Assembly (NCBI RefSeq): GCF_947491715.1
Contig: NZ_CANLKR010000012.1
Coordinates: forward strand, 44,501 to 108,500
From: an uncultured Shewanella sp.
Lineage (GTDB): Bacteria > Pseudomonadota > Gammaproteobacteria > Enterobacterales > Shewanellaceae
DNA length: 64,000 nt
Direction: 5' to 3'
Under the pieces are notes generated by a model. That model did not search any database. It saw only the letters and a program-made list of their open reading frames with translations, and was not told the DNA's origin. The translations under genes were made by a program, and so were the position numbers. Positions 20,874 through 30,813 of the stretch are shown one piece after another (within the stretch, counting starts at the first letter, position 1; every line of letters starts with the position of its first letter).

Positions 20874-21488
20874 TTACCCTTTAACCGCCACTAACACACC
20901 TGTCGACACCATAATACTACCCGCTGTTTTATTGATCACATTGAAAGTATTAGATGATTTAAAAATGCCTTTGGCTTTCACTGCCATAAACGCATAGCCT
21001 AAGTTAACGCTGCCAAACGCAACCGTTGCCGCCAACATAATGAGTCCCGCATCAAAAACAGACACGGTATCAATACTGACAAATGCTGGAAAGAAACCCA
21101 CATAAAATAAAATCGCCTTTGGATTTCCTAAGGTGACGATTAATCCCGTCATAAAACTTGATTTCAATGATGATTGAGCATTTGCTTCCACATCCATTTT
21201 GGTGGCCCTTGATGAGAGTAATTTATACCCCAACCAGATAAGATACACTGCGCTTACATATTTTATAACGATAAACGCTGTCCCCATGACTGTCGATAAA
21301 GCCGATAAGCCAAATAGTGCCAACACGATAAAAAGGTAATCGGCCACGAGCATTCCCATTGTCATCGCGACTCCCCGAGAAAACCCCGACGAGAAAGCAC
21401 GAGCAATAATTGCAAACACACCTGGACCTGGCACAATCGCCAACAGTAACATGGCCCCCATTAACGTGAATAAACTGATAATAGACAT
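20874..21488 (-). CDS. LysE/RhtB-family exporter
   Basis: PGPGVF, LGNPKAILFY and six TM segments. Confidence 0.8.
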   Translation of the reverse strand: MSIISLFTLMGAMLLLAIVPGPGVFAIIARAFSSGFSRGVAMTMGMLVADYLFIVLALFGLSALSTVMGTAFIVIKYVSAVYLIWLGYKLLSSRATKMDVEANAQSSLKSSFMTGLIVTLGNPKAILFYVGFFPAFVSIDTVSVFDAGLIMLAATVAFGSVNLGYAFMAVKAKGIFKSSNTFNVINKTAGSIMVSTGVLVAVKG

Positions 21489-21566
21489 GACAGTATTCCT
21501 TTTTACATCTTATTATATTGATAATATAGAAAATAATTTCAAGGATTATTCGCAAAAAACACGCAT

Positions 21567-21965
21567 CTACTCTTTGATAAGATACATGCCTTCACTCTCA
21601 GGACGGCTCAGTTTAAAACCAAACTTTTTATATAGCGCGGGCACATCAGCCATTAAGGTGATATAGGCTGTCGGCAACGCTTCACGCTCAAGATAATCCA
21701 TAATCGATTGCATGATCAAGCGGCCAAAACCCTGACCTTGATAATCAGGATCCACGGCAACATCGACAATATCGAAATTCAAGGCGCCATCTCCCACTAC
21801 TCGCCCCATGCCCACTGTCAGCTCGTTAATCACAATCTGCACACCAAATAAACTCTTGGGTAGCCCTTTTTCAACCGCTTCATACAGGCGTGGGCTTAAT
21901 CCTGAGACTTGCCTTAATCGAATAAAGTCATTCACTGAAGCGACCTGTTCTACAACTTGAATCAT
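21567..21965 (-). CDS. GNAT family N-acetyltransferase
   Basis: VAVDPDYQGQGFGRLIM motif A. Confidence 0.8.
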   Translation of the reverse strand: MIQVVEQVASVNDFIRLRQVSGLSPRLYEAVEKGLPKSLFGVQIVINELTVGMGRVVGDGALNFDIVDVAVDPDYQGQGFGRLIMQSIMDYLEREALPTAYITLMADVPALYKKFGFKLSRPESEGMYLIKE

Positions 21966-22000
21966 AATATTTCCCTATATTTTATAATATGTTAATTCCA

Positions 22001-22807
22001 TTAAACGATAATTTTACCTTTCAATGTGGTGACGGCTTGCCCAATCAAATTCACGTGTTCATTCGACAAGACTTCCATTTCAACAACGCCACCGCGTTGA
22101 GATGCTTGATAGCCCTTTAAACACGCTTTATTCAACTTTTCTTGCCAATAAACAGCAAGAGCGCAATGGGCTGACCCCGTTACAGGATCTTCATTGACCC
22201 CCACCCAAGGGGCAAAATAGCGAGAGCAAAAATGGTAGTCAGTGTTTGCAGCATCATTTTTCGCTGTCACAATAACACCTCGGCCCGGTAGCCGCTTTAA
22301 ACTCTCAAAATTCGGTCTCAATGCCCGCACGATCTGCTCATCATTCACTTCAATTAACCCTTTACCATCAAAACCGCAGTAACTGACCACTTGATCAGAT
22401 TGAATACCTAACGAAGTCATTAACACACCATCATTATCAAGTGAAAAATCAAGCCTCGGGGCCGGAAACAACATGGAAATGCTATCAGGCTTAATCGCTA
22501 CCTTTAAAGGCCCTGATAGAGTATTAAAACGCATTTCATCACCGACATCGAGCACACCGGTTTCCTGTAAAATATGCACCACAGATAAGGTACCATGGCC
22601 ACATAAACTCACTTCCACTTGCGGCGTAAACCAACGTAAAGTGAGATCACTTAAAGAGAGAAAAGCCGTTTCCGACACCGCCATTTCAGCAGCGATTGCC
22701 AGCATTAGACGCTCATCTAACCCTTTTTCGGTGATACACACGCCTGCAGGATTACCTTTAAATCGTTCAGATGTAAAAGCATCTACTTGGTAAATGGCTA
22801 ATTCCAA
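22001..22807 (-). CDS. PhzF-family isomerase-like protein
   Basis: IYQVDAFTSERFKGNPAGV, SETAFL, LCGHGTL and PVTGSAH motifs. Confidence 0.85.
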   Translation of the reverse strand: MELAIYQVDAFTSERFKGNPAGVCITEKGLDERLMLAIAAEMAVSETAFLSLSDLTLRWFTPQVEVSLCGHGTLSVVHILQETGVLDVGDEMRFNTLSGPLKVAIKPDSISMLFPAPRLDFSLDNDGVLMTSLGIQSDQVVSYCGFDGKGLIEVNDEQIVRALRPNFESLKRLPGRGVIVTAKNDAANTDYHFCSRYFAPWVGVNEDPVTGSAHCALAVYWQEKLNKACLKGYQASQRGGVVEMEVLSNEHVNLIGQAVTTLKGKIIV

Positions 22808-22877
22808 TATGATAACTCCAAGCTATTAATCGAGTGAATAAACAACAAACACAAGGCACTTCAAAACAAAGGTAAAC

Positions 22878-24302
22878 TTAACGCTTTCGATGATCCAATG
22901 CTCTTCTTCTAGCCCGTTTTTTCTGGGCCGCTTTAGTATTTTTATAATCCACAGGTGTGCTTTTAGTGAGATCCGGCTCAAAACCCGTCAGCCATTGCTG
23001 GGGCAGACGGGTATCTAATAAGGTTTCAATTTGTTCAAGCAATAAGGCATCTTCTTCGCTGTATAAGGTGATCGCTCGACCTGTGTTACCCGCTCGCCCC
23101 GTCCGCCCAATTCGATGCACATAATCCTCAGCATTAAATGGCAGTTCATAATTAAAAACGAATGCAAGGGCATTGATATTCAACCCCCGCGCCGCCACGT
23201 CAGTGGCGACCAACACTTGAGTGTCAGCTTGTTTAAATTGCGTTAATACTTGCTCGCGCACACTTTGTGATAAATCCCCATGAAGTGCTTGTGCTAAAAT
23301 GCCTTGTTGTTGTAATGCCTGCACTAATGTATCCACCCCTTGCTTCTTTCGGCAAAAGATTAACGCTTGCGGCGCACGATCAAGATGATCCACTGGATTA
23401 TTTAGCTTGATTTTATTAAGCAAATTTTTATTAAACAGGTTTTTATTCAGCAAGTGACTAATAATGGAGATTTTTTTATCGCTATCCACTTGATAAACAA
23501 CTTGCTCAACTTGACTCGCCACCCTATTTTTTTCAGCCATTTCTATCAATGTTGGCTTATTAAGCCATTTTTGACTCAAGCTATAGACAGACGGATTAAA
23601 GGTGGCTGAAAACAGTAAGGTTTGCCTCTTTTTATTCATAGCCGTTTTAGGCAAGGCTTTAAGGATCTTATTAATATCGTCTTTAAAACCTAAATCCAAC
23701 ATGCGATCCGCTTCATCCAGCACCAAAAAGTCCAAGGCATTGAGCTGTAAATTGCCTCTGCTCAGATGATCCAATAACCGGCCCGGTGTTGCCACAATAA
23801 TATCAATGCCCTCAGCTAACACTGCTGCCTGCTTATCAATACTGACGCCACCATAAATGAGTGCACTGCGTAAACCTAAGCCGCCTTGATGCTCAGCGCT
23901 ATCCTTCACTGTTGATGACTCTGGATCTTGCGCATAAGTATCAACACTCTTATGGACTTGCATAGCCAATTCTCTTGTCGGCGTTAAGATTAATGCACCA
24001 ACTGCCTGTTTCTTTTGCTGGCACTCGCCGTTCACACCGTGACTAATACTCTTATCAGCACTATTATCAACACTTTTATCAGCACTACTATCAAAAGCTC
24101 TGCGGGACGAGACTAAATGTTGCAAAATCGGTAACGTAAAAGCGGCGGTCTTTCCCGTGCCCGTTTGGGCTTTTCCCATCACATCCTGCCCTGCTAATAT
24201 GGCAGGAATAGCCAATGATTGAATAGGTGTTGGCTCCGTATAACCCAAAGATGATAAACGACTGACAAGCTCAGGCATTAACCCTATTGATGAAAAAGAC
24301 AT
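22878..24302 (-). CDS. DEAD-box ATP-dependent RNA helicase (RhlE-like) with low-complexity insertions
   Basis: Q-motif, AQTGTGKT, PTRELA, DEAD, SAT, HRIGRTGRAG and a basic C-tail. Extra repeats DKSVDNSADKS and NKNLFNKNLLNK. Confidence 0.9.
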   Translation of the reverse strand: MSFSSIGLMPELVSRLSSLGYTEPTPIQSLAIPAILAGQDVMGKAQTGTGKTAAFTLPILQHLVSSRRAFDSSADKSVDNSADKSISHGVNGECQQKKQAVGALILTPTRELAMQVHKSVDTYAQDPESSTVKDSAEHQGGLGLRSALIYGGVSIDKQAAVLAEGIDIIVATPGRLLDHLSRGNLQLNALDFLVLDEADRMLDLGFKDDINKILKALPKTAMNKKRQTLLFSATFNPSVYSLSQKWLNKPTLIEMAEKNRVASQVEQVVYQVDSDKKISIISHLLNKNLFNKNLLNKIKLNNPVDHLDRAPQALIFCRKKQGVDTLVQALQQQGILAQALHGDLSQSVREQVLTQFKQADTQVLVATDVAARGLNINALAFVFNYELPFNAEDYVHRIGRTGRAGNTGRAITLYSEEDALLLEQIETLLDTRLPQQWLTGFEPDLTKSTPVDYKNTKAAQKKRARRRALDHRKR

Positions 24303-24381
24303 AAAAGTTGACCAATAAAAAAGCGCTAAAAAATAACGCTTATTCTATCATTACAATCTACAAAGGCATAAATATTGAGGA

Positions 24382-24726
24382 TTAAAAACTCGCACCATCG
24401 ACTTTTCTCACCGCAATGCTTTGAACCTGTTCGCTTTCAAATAAGCGGAAATTGACTCCCACACGGTCCATCTCGGCCTTAGGACGACAGGTATAATGCG
24501 TGATGCACCCACATTGACTACAACGATGAAAATCAATATATTCATCTCCCCAGCAATAGGTTTGCAAAGGCTCAGTGTTGACAGTAACAGAAACTTGGGC
24601 TTGTGGGTAATAGCCCCAAAGAGCGGCCGTTCTTCGGCAAATTGAGCAATTGCAACTTGTTAGGGTGTCGGGCAATGCGTCGACTTCAACGTGAACATTG
24701 CCGCAATGGCAGGAGGCTGTTGGCAT
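24382..24726 (-). CDS. GFA/CENP-V family protein
   Basis: CHCGNV...CNCSICRR...CSQCG. ATG at 24726. The ORF is open to 24777. Confidence 0.75.
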   Translation of the reverse strand: MPTASCHCGNVHVEVDALPDTLTSCNCSICRRTAALWGYYPQAQVSVTVNTEPLQTYCWGDEYIDFHRCSQCGCITHYTCRPKAEMDRVGVNFRLFESEQVQSIAVRKVDGASF

Positions 24727-24801
24727 ATTAATTTCCTTATTCACTGATATTATTAAGAGTCCTTTAGTATTCGGCACTCATTTACAATAAACGAAAAACA
24801 A

Positions 24802-24829
24802 CTGTATATACATACAGCTTCAGAGTCAA
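24802..24829 (-). promoter_or_regulatory. LexA (SOS) box CTGTATATACATACAG overlapping a sigma70-like promoter
   Basis: Perfect CTGT-N8-ACAG at 24802-24817. On the minus strand TTGACT (24824-24829) lies upstream and the box covers the spacer and -10 region. It faces the GFA gene. Confidence 0.6.
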
Positions 24830-24883
24830 TAATGATTTTACTTTTACCTGCTGCATCACAATCTTGCCCCCTATTGAATCGAT

Positions 24884-25246
24884 CTAGCTTGCATGAGCCC
24901 ACACAGCAAACTCATTACCGCTTGGCTCAGTGAAGTGAAAGCGTCTGCCTCCAGGAAATGAAAATATCGGTTTAATCACCTTTCCACCTGATTTAATAAT
25001 TTTATCTTGCGTTTCTTCTAAGTTTTCACTAAAAAACACCATCAAGGCACTGCCATTAGTTGTTGATGCATGTAACTCTGAACGAAAGAAGCCTCCTCTA
25101 AGGCCCGCATTATCAAAGGCAGTATAATCTGGCCCAAAATCTTCAAAAGTCCAAGCAAATACTTGACTAAAAAAAGCCTTGGTCGCCGCTAAATCTGTTG
25201 CTGAAAACTCAATATAATCCATTTTCTCATGTTGACTCATATTCAA
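24884..25246 (-). CDS. VOC/glyoxalase-bleomycin-resistance fold protein
   Basis: About 120 aa with a VOC-type pattern (YIEFSATDLAATKAFF...GGRRFHFTEPSGNEFAVW). 4-nt overlap with the upstream gene. Confidence 0.7.
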   Translation of the reverse strand: MNMSQHEKMDYIEFSATDLAATKAFFSQVFAWTFEDFGPDYTAFDNAGLRGGFFRSELHASTTNGSALMVFFSENLEETQDKIIKSGGKVIKPIFSFPGGRRFHFTEPSGNEFAVWAHAS

Positions 25247-25809
25247 TCCTTTTCGTTATTATCACGCACTTGAATCATGTTATTAAACACGTCAAAAAGT
25301 GCTTTTCCTTCAGGCCAATCACCAATATTGACATCGGTGTTTATATGCCCTAGTGCACCAACAGGGATCAATTCAGCCTGCCAATGCTTCGCAAAAAAAT
25401 GAGCCTGTTCGATACGACAGTAGGGATCATTACTGCTGGCACACATCACGCAAGGGAAAGGCAACGGCGTTAATGGTGGCGTGCTATAACCTGTAATAAC
25501 CTTCGGAAAGTCATCTCGCTGGACATCCGGCACTGCCACCATAAAAGCCCCTTTTATCATTGCCGCTTTCTCTGGATAACGTTGGCACCAGTGTGCAACC
25601 GTGCTTCCGCCTAAACTGTGAGTGATAAACATTGTCGGCCCTGATACACTGTCGACTAACTTATTCAATGTCGACACCCACTTATTGCAATCTGGATAGG
25701 CCCAGTCTTCTTGTTCCACCCAATAACTACCAACAAATTCTTCAAACCAAAATCGCTGCCAATGCCCTGCTAGAGAATTAAGATAGCCGGGTACAAATAT
25801 AATATTCAT
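25243..25809 (-). CDS. alpha/beta hydrolase, YdeN/RBBP9-like serine hydrolase
   Basis: IIFVPGY, THSLGG nucleophile elbow and a distal GHIN histidine. Confidence 0.7.
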   Translation of the reverse strand: MNIIFVPGYLNSLAGHWQRFWFEEFVGSYWVEQEDWAYPDCNKWVSTLNKLVDSVSGPTMFITHSLGGSTVAHWCQRYPEKAAMIKGAFMVAVPDVQRDDFPKVITGYSTPPLTPLPFPCVMCASSNDPYCRIEQAHFFAKHWQAELIPVGALGHINTDVNIGDWPEGKALFDVFNNMIQVRDNNEKD

Positions 25810-25904
25810 TATCCATCTTCCTGAAGCATATTGATCTTTAAAGCTTAAACGATATTCAAAGTGTATCTTTTGTATTCAAGGAGTCGAGGGGTTAGCCTAC
25901 ACTT

Positions 25905-26624
25905 TTATTTTGGCGGCATCATTTGAAAGGATTGTGCAAATGCCATCAAGCTTAACCTTGGTTTATCCTCATCCGTCTTAAGCCATTGCTCACCAAACAA
26001 AAGTACTCTTGTTTTTTCATTAATGATAATAAACTGGTTGAGAAGTTCATTACCTTCAGATGATTGACTAAATAACCATTCTCCCCCATTAAGCCCATTC
26101 ACTTCCACCGATTTTTTTGAGATTAACCTAGGCTCCAGTTGAGATTGCCCTAATTGTGCCAAGTAGTTGTCGAACAAAATCTGCACTGCTTCATCTTGGG
26201 TGTATTGTTGACTTTGTAGTGAAATCTTTTTCACAATCAACATTCGATAAATCGACCTGTCCATCGCCGCAGGGCCAAAACTGACATAATCGCTCTCTTT
26301 ACTAAACTGCTCTTTCATTTGCATATAACGATATTCATATGTCTCTTCTTTATGGGGAAGCGCGATTGAAAAATCACCGTTAGGAGAAAAATAACGATCT
26401 TGACGAATGTCTCCATCAGTAAACTTAGGAGCAGGAAATAACCCGGCAATATCCCCCCCAGTTGTAGAAGAGCAAGCTGAAATAAAGACAAACATGCTCA
26501 ATAATATGACTAATCGCAGAGGCATGAATAAAGCAGATACAAGCACAGAAACAAGATTGTTAGACCAAACCATAAAAAATCCTTTTAACTGAGTGCTATT
26601 ATGATGAGGATAAAGTGTAGTCAA
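25905..26624 (-). CDS. hypothetical lipoprotein
   Basis: FVFISACSS lipobox. The start is uncertain (26624 or 26573). Confidence 0.45.
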   Translation of the reverse strand: MTTLYPHHNSTQLKGFFMVWSNNLVSVLVSALFMPLRLVILLSMFVFISACSSTTGGDIAGLFPAPKFTDGDIRQDRYFSPNGDFSIALPHKEETYEYRYMQMKEQFSKESDYVSFGPAAMDRSIYRMLIVKKISLQSQQYTQDEAVQILFDNYLAQLGQSQLEPRLISKKSVEVNGLNGGEWLFSQSSEGNELLNQFIIINEKTRVLLFGEQWLKTDEDKPRLSLMAFAQSFQMMPPK

Positions 26625-26712
26625 TGAGGAATGAGAACGCTAAATAATACGCAGACAGATAGATCAATGATTGCTCGCAGACAATAATATTTTTAAATTA
26701 TAAATAAGTAGG

Positions 26713-27108
26713 TTACAAAAAACGAATAACAGTGTAATACAAAGCACTACTCTGTATATCTTTCGCTGAATATTCCCACTGAGACACAGCTTTAACCGCT
26801 GCAAAACCAAACCGTGTTTCTGAAGCATTGTAAATTTTGACGTTTTGAGGAACGAATAATTCACCTTGAGAATTAGGCTTTATTGATAATGTAAAGGTCA
26901 CCGCAGCACAACCAGGCTCATGGGGCGGTCGAAATACCTTGTTTGAATGCGGGGCCTTAAAAGGAATTTCAGGGTAAACAGCCAACACTTTAACCTTTGG
27001 ATGATCAGCGCGCATAGCGTTAATATTATCGATATTGCCACACATTGCTTCTCTAGCAGCAGCTTGTAAACTCATCAAACAAAGCAAAAAAACAAGACAA
27101 TATTTCAT
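26713..27108 (-). CDS. small secreted protein with a TonB-C-terminal-like domain
   Basis: Signal peptide, then YPEIP...GCAAVTFTL...FGFAAVKAVSQWEY resembling the TonB_C fold pattern. Confidence 0.4.
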   Translation of the reverse strand: MKYCLVFLLCLMSLQAAAREAMCGNIDNINAMRADHPKVKVLAVYPEIPFKAPHSNKVFRPPHEPGCAAVTFTLSIKPNSQGELFVPQNVKIYNASETRFGFAAVKAVSQWEYSAKDIQSSALYYTVIRFL

Positions 27109-27187
27109 CTACACATACCCAGTCACCGATAATTAAATGAGCTCAAACATACTCAAAAACAAGACATTAGTATCAAGTCATATTGAT

Positions 27188-27456
27188 ATATACCCAAACC
27201 ACTTGAAAGTGCATGTTTTCAGAGCCCGTAAAAAGGCTTAATTCAAGGCGCATTATTGAAAGAATGCTTATTGCCTTTTGAGGTGATGCAACGTAGAAGT
27301 TAGTCTTTTTACAGGCTCCCAACGGGCTGGTTTAAAACACTTTTATTCTGCGTTATTGAATATCAACTTAGAATAACTAAGCCCTCAACTCAATGCCTTG
27401 CCTAAACGCGTTTTAATTCCAGCTGAATCCTGCATCTTCAAGTGGTTTGGGTATAT
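27188..27456. mobile_element. MITE-like non-coding element with 20-bp perfect terminal inverted repeats
   Basis: ATATACCCAAACCACTTGAA (27188-27207) and its exact reverse complement TTCAAGTGGTTTGGGTATAT (27437-27456). Its internal modules are shared with the element at 16961-17259. Confidence 0.6.
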
Positions 27457-28142
27457 TAACTTATATTACTAAATGAACGTCTCTCCGTAATCATACACTT
27501 ATTCAACCTTTATCAGCAATCAAACTTGATTTTTATTAAATCAATTTCATTAAAATAAGGCATCCTTAATATAATACCGCTAAGCAACTCATTTTATCCT
27601 AGTCTTTTTTACTTGATGCACAACAATAGTCATGCTATGAATTCCTCAACCAATACAAGCAAATTCACGCCACTAGCTGGTGCCATTAACAAAAAAATCC
27701 TGATGAGTTATCACCTCCCCCCTTCATGTAAATCCCTTTTACCAAAAAGCAGGTCCATGGCATTGAGGCACCTTACCTTGGCAGTGAAACCTCGTGATTA
27801 CTTAAGCTTTTCAAATACCAAAACATCGGCTAACTGAGATAAAAGCAGAGCACCTGATAATGACACATTATCAACAGTATCAAGTCGCCTATTGAATTTA
27901 GACACATATTTAACCATTGCGTATTAAATATCGTCACCAGCAAATTGATTGATTTCCTCTCAAATGGCTAAACACGTTACCCATTTTTCTGTGGGAAGAT
28001 ATCACTTTAACGAAGGTTATGCCGATCCTACGGTGCTCCAAAACCCTTACAATATTAGGCTATAAACGCCCAAGTCACGACAACTAATATAACACTCAGC
28101 CATACTATGGCGCGGATCTTTTAATAGCATGGGCATACACGG

Positions 28143-28628
28143 TTAACGTAAACATTTTGACATAGGCACACACTCAAGCTTCACCCCTGAAGGGTGCAAC
28201 CAAAAGCTGGGTTCTTGCGCAATAAAGCCAAGGCTCTGATAAAAGGGAACGGCATTTAACGAAGCCGACAAAGATAATGCCTGCACACCTGTTTCTATCG
28301 CCTGTTGTTGTAGTGCAAGCGTCAATATTTTCCCAATGCCCCTACCATGATGAAAAGGGTCAACAAACACAGATTCAAGCGATTGTTTATCGCTATCGAT
28401 AAAACCAAAGCCTAAAACCTTACTTTTTTCTTCATATACAATAGCCTTGAGTGTAACCAAAATATGAGAAAAATCTTTTGGCATAGGTGAATCAGCCCAA
28501 GCGCTAACCTTCTGAGCTGCATAAAATTGAGCACAACTTTTTAAAATAGCCTCTGTTCGAATAGCCCAAACTCTCTCGACATCTTGATGTGTTGCAAAGC
28601 GGATACAAGGGTTAACTTTAACATCCAT
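28143..28628 (-). CDS. GNAT family N-acetyltransferase
   Basis: VFVDPFHHGRGIGKIL motif A. ATG at 28628. Confidence 0.8.
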   Translation of the reverse strand: MDVKVNPCIRFATHQDVERVWAIRTEAILKSCAQFYAAQKVSAWADSPMPKDFSHILVTLKAIVYEEKSKVLGFGFIDSDKQSLESVFVDPFHHGRGIGKILTLALQQQAIETGVQALSLSASLNAVPFYQSLGFIAQEPSFWLHPSGVKLECVPMSKCLR

Positions 28629-29098
28629 GAAAAACCTCTTAGATTCCCTATAAGAATCCATATACTTCAATGACAAAACCAATCTATATTAAAACACAAT
28701 CGCAGTCCACCACCGTCTAGCCCTAAATGAAGAATATCTAATCATTTATTAATATATTGAATTTAAATGAAGTATTTAAATTCGTTGACACTCGTTACCC
28801 CGAATTCAGGTTTATTAAGCCAGACTTGACAGAAGAACAATCAATTTAAAGTTTTTATCTAAACTGTTTAACCTCACTATTGTAAGTGCAGGTTATGTAA
28901 ACCAACTCGCATCAATTAAATACCAAGTTAATCATATTAAGTAACACTGATATTGATATTACCCTACGTTTAAAAATACTTTTTATTAACAATAATACTT
29001 ATATGAGTAAATTACGTTGTTTATTAACTTTAATAAATATAATTTAATATCGATTTTAATAAAGCGTCATAAAGAAAAAATAAGTAAAAGAGGTGAGA

Positions 29099-30718
29099 AT
29101 GAAACTATCTAAAATAGCAACATTAATAACAGCAGCATCTTTAAGCTTTTCCGCTGCATCTGAGGTTGATAATAATCGCTATATTATCAAAGTTGATAAT
29201 AATAATAAAAAAGTGATCAAAGCACTCGCCCAAAAACTCGGTGCTAAAATAAACCTTGATGGTAATGGGTTTTTCTCAGCAAGTTTCAAAGGAAAAGCAC
29301 TTTCTCAGGTTAAAAGTTTACTCAACAACACGAATATCCAATTAATTGAAGTGGATCAACCCCGCTATTTATTCTCAAACACGACTAATGCCAAAACACT
29401 GGCCACCGAAACAGTTTATCAAGATGATAGTGGCGATCCTACGCTCACTCAAGTCACACCCTATGCGATTTATCAATCTCAAGCAGACCAAGTCAGCTTT
29501 AACACCAATGCAGGAATTAAAGTCTGCATTATCGACTCAGGCCTTGATGCCAGTGCAACCGATTTCAATTGGAACAACATCAGCGGTGATAATGATTCAG
29601 GCACCGGCAATTGGAATGAAAATGGAGGGCCTCACGGTACGCATGTTGCCGGAACCATCGCTGCATCAAACAATGACATTGGTGTTGTAGGAATGGCGCC
29701 TGACGTCGACTTACACATTATCAAAGTTTTTAATGAAGATGGTTGGGGTTATTCTTCTGATCTTGCCAGTGCCGCGCAGCTTTGCCAAGATGCTGGCGCC
29801 AATATTATCAGCATGAGCTTAGGGGGAAGTGGATCGAGCACGACAGAAGAGGCAGCCTTTCAATCTTTTGCCGACTCAGGTGGACTCGCGGTTGCCGCTG
29901 CAGGCAATGATGGCAATGCTATACGATCCTACCCTGCAGGTTATCCCGCTGTCATGATGGTGGGCGCAGTGGACGGTGACAACAATATTGCTGATTTTTC
30001 TCAATACCCAAAATGTTCAACTGGCTTCTTATTTAATCAACAAGAAAACGATCGTGTTTGTGTCGAAGTGAGTGCAGGAGGTGTCAATACACTATCCACC
30101 TATCCTGAAGATATGGCAACCTTAGCCTCATTGTCTGCAGATAATGTGAGCTACGAAAGCAGTGCTATGGAAAACTTAGGCACGGTCTCTAAGGTCAGTA
30201 GTTATTATATTGGCACAGCCGAAGCCGTTGATAGTAATGCTAACGGAAAAGTGTGCCTTATTGATAGAGGTAATAACACCTTCTATGAAAAAGTCGCTAA
30301 TTGTGAAAGTTCCGGGGGAGTAGGCGCCGTCATCATCAATAATGTCTCAGGCGTATTAACAGCAACATTAGGTACAGATAATGACACCACTATTCCAGCC
30401 ATTGGAGCAGACTTTAACGACAAAAGTGCGCTTTTAACGGCCGCTAGCATCAGTATTGATATTAACACCAGTGACTACGGTTACATGAGTGGCACTTCCA
30501 TGGCCACTCCCGCAGTATCTGGTGTTGCTGCATTAGTTTGGTCCAATCATAATCAATGCTCAGGGGAGGAAATTCGCAACGCATTAATACAGTCAGCCTT
30601 GTATCCTGGCACCGATGGATCAGCGCATGATGTGTACTATGGCTATGGAATTATTCAAGCTGCTAACGCCAATCAGTATTTAATCGATAATCCTTGCACA
30701 GGTTCATCGTCACTTTAA
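29099..30718 (+). CDS. secreted subtilisin-like serine protease (S8) with a PA-type insert
   Basis: Catalytic triad contexts IIDSGLD, HGTHVAGTI and SGTSMATP. Signal peptide. ATG at 29099 after AAAAGAGG. Confidence 0.9.
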   Translation: MKLSKIATLITAASLSFSAASEVDNNRYIIKVDNNNKKVIKALAQKLGAKINLDGNGFFSASFKGKALSQVKSLLNNTNIQLIEVDQPRYLFSNTTNAKTLATETVYQDDSGDPTLTQVTPYAIYQSQADQVSFNTNAGIKVCIIDSGLDASATDFNWNNISGDNDSGTGNWNENGGPHGTHVAGTIAASNNDIGVVGMAPDVDLHIIKVFNEDGWGYSSDLASAAQLCQDAGANIISMSLGGSGSSTTEEAAFQSFADSGGLAVAAAGNDGNAIRSYPAGYPAVMMVGAVDGDNNIADFSQYPKCSTGFLFNQQENDRVCVEVSAGGVNTLSTYPEDMATLASLSADNVSYESSAMENLGTVSKVSSYYIGTAEAVDSNANGKVCLIDRGNNTFYEKVANCESSGGVGAVIINNVSGVLTATLGTDNDTTIPAIGADFNDKSALLTAASISIDINTSDYGYMSGTSMATPAVSGVAALVWSNHNQCSGEEIRNALIQSALYPGTDGSAHDVYYGYGIIQAANANQYLIDNPCTGSSSL

Positions 30719-30751
30719 TTCACTGCTAAATCTCTATAAAACGGATTAACA

Positions 30752-30779
30752 AGAGTGCAAACGTTCTTTTTTGCACTCC
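30752..30779. terminator. bidirectional stem-loop between convergent genes
   Basis: GAGTGCAAA...TTTGCACTC stem with T-rich flanks, between the S8 protease and SDR stops. Confidence 0.5.
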
Positions 30780-30813
30780 TGTTATTTGATAAATGATGCT
30801 TTATTAAGCGACG

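Noticed and set aside
27613-27837. A 74-aa plus-strand ORF in the 1-kb gap next to the second MITE-like element.
   Set aside because: It has a non-ATG start, no RBS, low-complexity S/N/K-rich composition and no motif. It is probably non-coding.
17314-28682. The long minus-strand run of small GNAT, LysE, cupin, GFA, VOC and PhzF genes looks like integron-cassette content and might be a fossil cassette array.
   Set aside because: I inspected the intergenic gaps (for example 20247-20307, 20803-20873, 21489-21566, 21966-22000, 24303-24381, 25810-25904). I saw no attC-like palindromes with RYYYAAC/GTTRRRY cores. Several genes overlap, so they are operon-like.
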